Assembly: GCF_009914755.1 (NCBI RefSeq)
Contig: NC_060938.1
DNA length: 64,000 nucleotides
Direction: 5' to 3' (one strand)
Source of the DNA: the human T2T-CHM13v2.0 reference genome, Homo sapiens
The notes under the pieces were generated by a model. The model was not told where the DNA came from and did no database searches. It saw only the letters and a program-made list of their open reading frames with translations. A program made the position numbers and the translations under genes. Positions 55,755-64,000 of this stretch are shown piece by piece. The first letter of the stretch is position 1; every line of letters starts with the position of its first letter.

Positions 55755-56456
55755 TATTGGGAAAATAAAATTAAAAACAAAATCTCCTGCCAACCCAGAA
55801 AACCTCTCCACGAAGGTAGAAAACAAAGAAAAGTTGTATTACTGAGTAAGCATTAAACCAAAATGCAATGCTCATCACAGCCAATCTGCAAAGAGAATGC
55901 AAAGACAAGCAGAAACTTCCTTCTGTTATATCGCCAAGTGGATACAACCCAGTACATACATGTTCTCGAGATACATAATTAGTCCTCAAGCAAGAGGGCT
56001 TGACGGCACCATTTCTCACACAACGTTCATACAAAATTCACTCAGTAATTGAGGTGACCACTTGTGTTAGCTTACTTGGCTTTACCAAAAGGTAAAATAA
56101 ATTTATTATATCTTTATGACAGGACGTAGTCGTGAAGCCAGGTATCATCTGATGCTACGATCTTGCCCTCCCACAGAGACTGGAAGATAGGTGCATTATC
56201 TTTCTCTCTTGATGATTACTTTTCAAAGAGATAGTGCTCTGATCTTAAGAAAGACATTCTTGGGCCATAAAACTGGTAAGAGGCTAACTTATCTTTTAAA
56301 AAGGTTTACATGCATTTTGAAAAGACAGAAAAAAGACCTTAAAATGACCAGTTTTCTAAAACATATCATCTAAGAAAAGGGAGAAGGAAAGTGTCTTCCT
56401 TTATTTTCATCAGGGAGAATTAAGCCTCTTATTTTTAAACTGTATTTGCCATTGCA
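55755..56456 (-). mobile_element. ERV1-class solo LTR (MER34/MER39-like)
   Basis: Reverse complement starts tgcaatggcaaatacagtttaaaaataagaggcttaattctccctg; about 700 bp; near-identical 4-bp flanks aagg/aaag. Confidence 0.65.
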
Positions 56457-56516
56457 AAAGCAGTTATCTGGGAGGAATTTAAAAGCTTCTTGGTGTCTTT
56501 TGCTGATTATCAATTA

Positions 56517-56999
<483 letters not shown>

Positions 57000-59900
57000 T
57001 TAAAATGAAAATACTAAATTGGTTTGATGTTAAGAGACAGTCCAACCAAGGGCCATGTAAAAGTTAACCTCTGAGTTCACAATCATCAAAATCTTTCAGA
57101 AAATCTTTTGAAGAATGTTACTAGTCAAAGTGGGTAAGTAAACATTATTGCTTTAAAATTAAGGCCTGACTGTCACCATCCCCCTGTCCTCAGTGAGTAC
57201 AACCACCAGTTGGTGGTGGTGTTGCTCTCCTGAGAAATGGCTGCATCACAGAAAATCGTCATTCCTGTAGACGTATGCTTAGAGGGCACTGTGGGATCCT
57301 TCATGATGAAAGTGCCTTGTAAATGTGAGATATCACCACCATTATGAGTGAGATCTAACCCTGGACGATGTCATAAACTTAATGGTGGGAGTTAAACCAC
57401 CACCATCTCAGTGTACTCCAGCCAATGTGTATTCTCATCACACTTCAAAAAGCATAGGCTGTCCAAAGCAGGATATCTGCCTGCAGACCCCAAACTATGT
57501 TTTTCAGATCATTAAAACCACGGGACACTGTAAGCCTAGATTATCCCCATTAAGTAGTAGATTTAAAGTATTATCCATTAGGAAAAAATATGCAACAGAA
57601 TGATTTTACAATACTACTTAAAATCAGCAGTAGTGCTGATGCAGTAACAATTTTTGACACAATAATTTGGTTTTTATTAATACAAACTAACATAAAGTGA
57701 AATTCACTTTCCCTTAATAAATAATCAAAATTTATTTTATTTTCTAAATTCAAAAGGTTAACATATTAAGGTCAGCAACACGCTGTACCTGAAACAATAT
57801 TGTGCCTAAAACAAGGAGATGAAAAATTGTAAAGATAGCCTTTGTACATTTTTAGGGATTATAATGATAAAAAGATCAGCAAGTTTCCTGTCACCAGAAG
57901 GCAAAAACTACAGCACACACAAGTTATCTAATGAAAGTGTACACTGGGAGAATTGCCTAGCTGCTCAGTGACCTACAATGTCACAGTTCTGTACCTAACA
58001 TTACTTTACTGCCTTCCCCAGCTTCCAAGATAGAGTCTCACCCAAGATTACAGTGTTCAGAACTTTAGTTAATTAAAAGACAAAACTTCTCAAAATAAAA
58101 AGCCAAGGCCATTCTCATTAGAACAAAATTTTTTAAAGATAGGCAAAGTAAATCAAGCAAATGGGAACAAAGAGAGTAGAGGGATAATATTAATATTAGA
58201 CGAAGTGGACACTGAAACAAAATGCCTTAGGTGGTTTGTGTATTTCTTCAGTGGTTAGAGATGATGAGACTCGAGCTAGGCTTCAAGGTCATGAATGTCT
58301 TAGTGAAGGATGTTTATGGGAGCACTGTTCTGTTATTTCCAAGTAGATATTTGAAGGTCAAGCCTCAATTTTTATTATTTTTATGACAAGGCTGGGATAG
58401 GGTGAGGCTTCAGTTGTATTGCTAGACTCTCTTCTCCTCCTACATTAAGCTCATTATGTCCCATGGCCAAGAAGGAAAGAGTAGATGGAAGAAAAAGACA
58501 ATCTGGCTATATCTACAATTGCTATATATTATATTTCAGTGTTCAAAACTAATCCAATCCTATAACTCCCAACTTCTGAGTCTAAATTTTGATTCATCTC
58601 TTGGTTATCTAGAGTTTGTCTCCAAGTAGCTTTATTAGGAAGAATACCTAGGTGATAAACGTAATTATTTATATTTAGAATATTTAAGGAAGAATACAAG
58701 GACACATAAAATAATAGGAAATATTAAAATAGGAAAAGAAAAAGAATGATGAGAACATAAATTAGTGCCAGGACTGAGACATCTAATGCACTGTATGTAC
58801 TTTTTACCTGTATTAATTGAAATTCAGCTAATGTGCCAGAGAATAAAATGGCAATGAATTTAAAAGATAGAACATTATTTCCCTGTCAGAGAAAATTTCC
58901 AACAGATAAAGTGGATCTGCTCTACAGTCTTTGGAGGCCCATGCTACTTTGTGTACCTTGTGGTTCTGTCGTCCCAAAGGCATAGTCTACATTCACGCTG
59001 TTCAAGATGGTTTCTCATTACACTTGCATCTCAACTGCACACATCCATTCCCCTCTATCTCATTGGCCATGTATTCCCATGGTTATACCTAGTTGCAAGG
59101 AAGATTGGGAAACATAATCTTTACCTAGGCATCCAGGTACTCAGCGTCAAGTTCTATCATTGTATAAGGGAGGGGAAGAACAGATACAGTGGATAACCAG
59201 ATGCTTTCATCTCATCACATTAGGCCTCAAATATATTTGACTCTTACCATTTTTACAACCAATATAAAAAGAAAAGCCATTAATGATACTCTTAAACATA
59301 GAATTATAAGGATGGCAGTAATAATAAAATGATTCAAAATTTTAAAAATAAATAAAAGCCATTGTAGTTGTACAATTCATGGATATGAAAATGGAAAATT
59401 TCTTAGAAGAATTACAGGTTATTTACTATGAAGTCCAAACTAGAATTTCTCCAAAGTACTCCTATATTCTGGAATTTTGCATGTCAGAAAAAGTTTCCCT
59501 TATCCATGAACTTCAATTTTGAGTGACAGTGAATTCCGAGGCCATAATTTTTTGCCCAAAATACTCTTTAAGTACCATCCTAAGATATATGGTGTTCTGA
59601 AAAAGAAACTTGATGCCAAACTCATTTTTATTCCTTTGGGTTATGTGCTTGGATATGTGATTGTCTTTTACTGGAACAAGTCTAAATACAGCTTTCTTTT
59701 CTTTAGTTACACATATATTGTAGGGAAACTTCATTCCCAAACTCAGATCTTCTTTTAGTCTACAAAAGTTTTCTGTTATTTCTTTGATTATTTACTCCAC
59801 ATTAATTTTTTGTCTTATCCTTCAATAATACTTATTTGTATCCACGACTTGAATTTCCATAGCTCTTTTCTTATATTTTGTCATGTTTATCTCTTTTCTT

Positions 59901-60269
59901 TTTTCTTTTGTATTTTGATGGTATTTATCTTGTTTGTCCTCCATGTCTCAAGTTTTCACTAAGTGGAAATATTTTTGTTGCTTAGTGCAAATCTATTTAT
60001 AATTATAGTTATATTCCTTACGATTTCTGATTTTCTCATTAAAAAGAACTAGCTTTATTTCATGTAATACTTTTTTGGCATAAATTCCACCTTGTTTATG
60101 ATGAAAACCACAATCCATGCTTTTGTCTTCATTTCTATAATAATTTTGTTTTTTTTTTCTTTAACCTCTTTTCCAGGATGGGGGAAGAAGTTCTCATATT
60201 TTTTTCTCATTGGAAGTGCTACCACAGGTATATATTATTGCTAATTTTTAATTCCCATACTTTTAGAGA

Positions 60270-60790
60270 TAATCGACCAACCCACCAACCAAGTAGTATT
60301 TACTGAGCATCTACCATGTCTCAGGGACTGTGCTAAGAATTTATCATTCAATGCAAAACACAAAAGGCATGGTCTCTGCTTTCGTGGAGTTTGCAATCTA
60401 GTTGCTAGCAGAAGGTAGCAGAGTATCACACCAAAGAGAAAGCTTTGGGTGTTTGTTATGGGTGCTCCTATGGCAAGGGACTTGATCTAGGCCAGATGTT
60501 GGAGAAACACCTCCTTCAGGAGGTAGAACCTAGGTGAAGATGTAAACTGAATAGGAGTTAAGCATTAGGGAGTCATCCTGGGGCAGAGAATAGAGGGTAA
60601 AAGGAGAGGAGAGAGAGGTGACTGGATTAGGGAGACTCATGTACAGAAGCTGGCCCTGAGAGGAGACAGCAGGGAATCCTAAAGGCATTTCTCCCAAATG
60701 GCTGGAGCTTGGAGTGTGAAGAACAAATTCTATCTGGGGGTAAGCTATGCTGACCTTTCTGTGTGTGTGGTGGGGGTCAGAGAGCAGCAA
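60270..60790 (-). mobile_element. L2 fragment
   Basis: tatttactgagcatctaccatgtctcagggactgtgctaag...ggtctctgctttcgtggagtttgcaatctagt. Confidence 0.7.
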
Positions 60791-61747
60791 CATTATATGA
60801 GAGTGAGTAGTGGCTTTTGAGCCCTCCATCCCTGAGATTTTATAACATGATCTTACCCTAGTTAAGTCATCCAGTACCAACTGAGGAAGGATGAGTTATA
60901 ACCCAAAATTTGCCACAGGTATAGTCAATACCTGAGAGAAAGATATCACAATCGCCTAGGAAAATCTGTGGCCAAAAATCAAGCAACACACATGTAGATG
61001 CTCAGTAAATACTAGTTGATTGGTTAGTTGGTGGATTTTTTCCAAAGACCTAGATATGAAAAGGCAAGCAATTAAAATATACCATGAGTTAAATCTCAGT
61101 TTAAATTTCAGACACATCAAAGACTTTTAACATTAACATGAAAAACGAAAGTCAGCTACAGATGTAACATATGCATATTTTACAAAAGATTAAGAGAAGC
61201 TGTAGTCTTTCAACAGTCACAACAGTTTATCTTCAATGGCTCACAAGGATCATTAAGCAGAAAAAAGAAAGGTGGTGGTCAAGTGTCAGTGCTTTCTTTC
61301 CAAATATGAACCGAGGGTGCAACAGGGTAACTCATTACAAGTAAAATCAAAGATATTGAGGACCGAATAAACCACATGAACACCAGACTAATCCTCTTTG
61401 TGACATGACTTAATGTAGGATACTGATAACTTCACTTAACCTCACCTTGTCTCCATTTCCCAATCTGTAAAACAGGGTTAATAATTTTAACCCACTTCTC
61501 AGAGATAGTAGGTGGATTAACTATAATAACAGTAAACTGATTGAAAACACAAATCATGAGAATGTTCTAGCAAGAGCTATACTTCCTTATAGTAAGAAAT
61601 GTGAATTTCTTCTTCTCCAGAATTATTCCAAATGCATCAGTGAATAATTTATTAGAAAAAAATACACTGTGACCTTCCCTTTCAGTGACTAAAGATATTC
61701 TCTGGAGTGAGTCTTTTCTTTTTTTTTTTTTTTAAATAAAAACTTAC

Positions 61748-61858
61748 CTTTTTTTCGGGGTAAAAAATGACTTTGATCCTATCTCAGCTTGGTGATTCAA
61801 TGGATGGCAACTCAGCCAGGAAGATTTAAGAGCACTGTCTACAACTTACAAGACTCCA
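61748..61858 (-). other. Candidate 111-nt exon with stops in all three frames
   Basis: Minus strand: gtatttttcag|TGGAGTC...GAAAAAAAG|gtaagttt; unique sequence. Confidence 0.5.
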
Positions 61859-62750
61859 CTGAAAAATACTCATTTAGCAGTGTGAGTATTTGACCTAGAA
61901 TTTATGCCAGAAACAACAAGGGCATAAAGATAAAACCACTTTAGCTTGCTAATCATAATAAACTTATCCTAGACAAATTTACTGAATAAATACAAAGCAA
62001 ACCAATTCAATTGCCTACCCAAACTTTGTAGTTACATGAATATAAATACCACACACCTAAATATTGTTCCTAAGATAATTAAGTGTATTGTTTCTCCAGA
62101 GACTGGAATAATAGGAAAACACTGAAGTTCATTGTCAAACACTTATTATGACTGTTACTAAATAGTCAATCTGTATTTGTACTTTATGGAAATATTTACA
62201 TTCCTATACCATCCAGAATCCTGAAATTCTGGAACAGAGTGCAGGTTAAGCAAACCTTAAGTGAATCTAAAACTGCACAATAGAGAGTGGTGTTAAACCC
62301 TGGCAGACTATAATTTATTAACACACACAAATAGATTACTTCTGTTGAAGTCAAACAGCCTGGAAAAAAAATGGATTTTCTATAATCCAGCTACCCAATT
62401 TCCTTTCAGTTTTCAAGATTACAACTACCATTTATGACATGACCACATCTTCTACAGGGCAAAAAAATAAATCGCACTGTATATAATGGGGCTAGGATCC
62501 CAAGACAAAAGAACCATAAATTCCACTCCCAAAAAGGTTGTAAACTCTCTCATTCCATAACAAACACAAGTATGCAGAACAAGGCTTCCAGGTAACTATG
62601 TGGCCACATGACATACACAAACAGGTCAGAAAGCTCCCAATGTAGCAGTTAAACAGTGTTTCCAAGGTCACAAAATAACATTACTTTTTATTTCCCTCCC
62701 TTCTCAATGCAGAGAGAGGAACTACCCAATTATACTAATGTAGTACTTAC

Positions 62751-62830
62751 TTCTGGAGATATTCCAACCTATTTTGATGAAGAATTTTCCAGTGAGAACT
62801 TGAATTTTGGAGAGGGTAATAGAAAATGAA
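62751..62830 (-). other. Candidate 80-nt exon with two open frames
   Basis: Minus strand: tttaccctttgtgatttttag|TTCATT...TCCAGAA|gtaagta; unique sequence. Confidence 0.55.
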
Positions 62831-64000
62831 CTAAAAATCACAAAGGGTAAATGTACTGGATTATTTTAAAGTTGTTAGCAAAAGTGTAACATTTATTATT
62901 TTTAAAGTGTTTATCTTTTAAAATATGTTAAATAAAGCTTTTAAGTTATAAAGAGGTAAGTTATATTACCATTAAAATGCTAGATTACTCTATTTAGGTA
63001 TGATTATTGTTTCTTGAATAACTACAGTTAAGTTGAGGAAAAATTTGAATTAGAGTAACATTAATCATGAAATAAAATTATATTCTTGCTGCTCAGGCTA
63101 GATATCCAAGAATAATGAAAATTCAGAGAGAAACAGAAAGGTTTAGATTAGTTTGAACTACTCATAAAATTTAAGGAAGTAAAGATAAGTCTTTTTAATA
63201 AAAATAGAGCAACCTTTCCACTGGTACTCAAACAATACCAAATGGTCTAACACTGGTACAATCCTATCTTCTACATACATTTCAGAGAGGAATTTTTATA
63301 TTCACTGGCCCAATTTAAATAATATATATGAATATAGGTAGTCAAAGGAGAAAGTAGATCAGAAAAATTTCCAGGTCCAATATTAAAGACAGAATTAGCA
63401 TAATATTAGACTGTCTCTAGCTTCAGACTTTCTATTCTGTCCTCAGAATGTCTAACCAATGGTTTCTTCTGAGGTTCCTGCTACAAGATATGTTGGAAAA
63501 ATATATATCCAAATGAAGAAGCTTATTATTTTCCTAGGGGAATATTTGACTGTAGTTTTTCACTACATAGGTGTAAAAGTGTGTAAGCAAATATGATGGA
63601 AATGCTAATTAGAACATTAAGGCAGTCTTTTCAATGCAAAATGAACATTAAAAAATAAGTATTACAGGCACTGGAACATTAAAAGTTCTTAAATCAGACT
63701 TTGCATATTTGAAAAGAAATATGAATTATGTGTTATTTCCTAACACTGCTAAGTGCATTATTAATTTGGATAGAAATCTAAATCCATTGCTCACTAATGA
63801 ATAACCAAAAACCACTGGAAATCCTATAAACAAGAATTACTCCCATGGAAAATGATTTCTATTTTCTAATTTTGATTTCTAATATGTAATGTGAAGAGAT
63901 GATACCCACAAAAATCAGAATCTAAATTTCCCTCTGTCCTGTTCAATGCAAAAGATTAAATTTCCATGTTCAATTGTCAGTGCGATAGAAACGAACAAGC

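Overview
This is AT-rich, CpG-depleted primate genomic DNA, probably human or great ape (AluY and L1PA2/3 are present). It looks intronic or intergenic and is dominated by transposable elements. These include a full-length + strand L1PA2/late-L1PA3 (18787-24827) with an intact ORF0 and ORF1/ORF2 killed only by point stops, a full-length - strand L1PA7-like element, a twin-primed 5'-inverted L1PA16-like element with a nested L1, and three truncated L1 3' ends. There are also seven Alu/FAM elements, ERVL/MaLR/ERV1 LTR relics, and L2, MIR, L3 and hAT fossils. I could not identify a host protein-coding gene; a few short segments with strong splice sites suggest spliced, probably non-coding, transcripts. 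I found no convincing new multi-gene system. The most unusual signals are mechanistic fossils: (i) a TSD-flanked, tailless 5S rRNA retrocopy made of a 21-nt plus a 42-nt 5' fragment in tandem; (ii) an L1 insertion whose 5' junction is a fold-back copy of its own target site and which carries a short 3' transduction; (iii) a perfect 21-bp-stem hairpin nearby; (iv) two neighbouring L1s of different subfamilies that share non-consensus variants; (v) an old 55-bp doublet containing a palindrome. Repeat subfamily names come from recalled consensus sequences, and the boundaries of old repeats are approximate.
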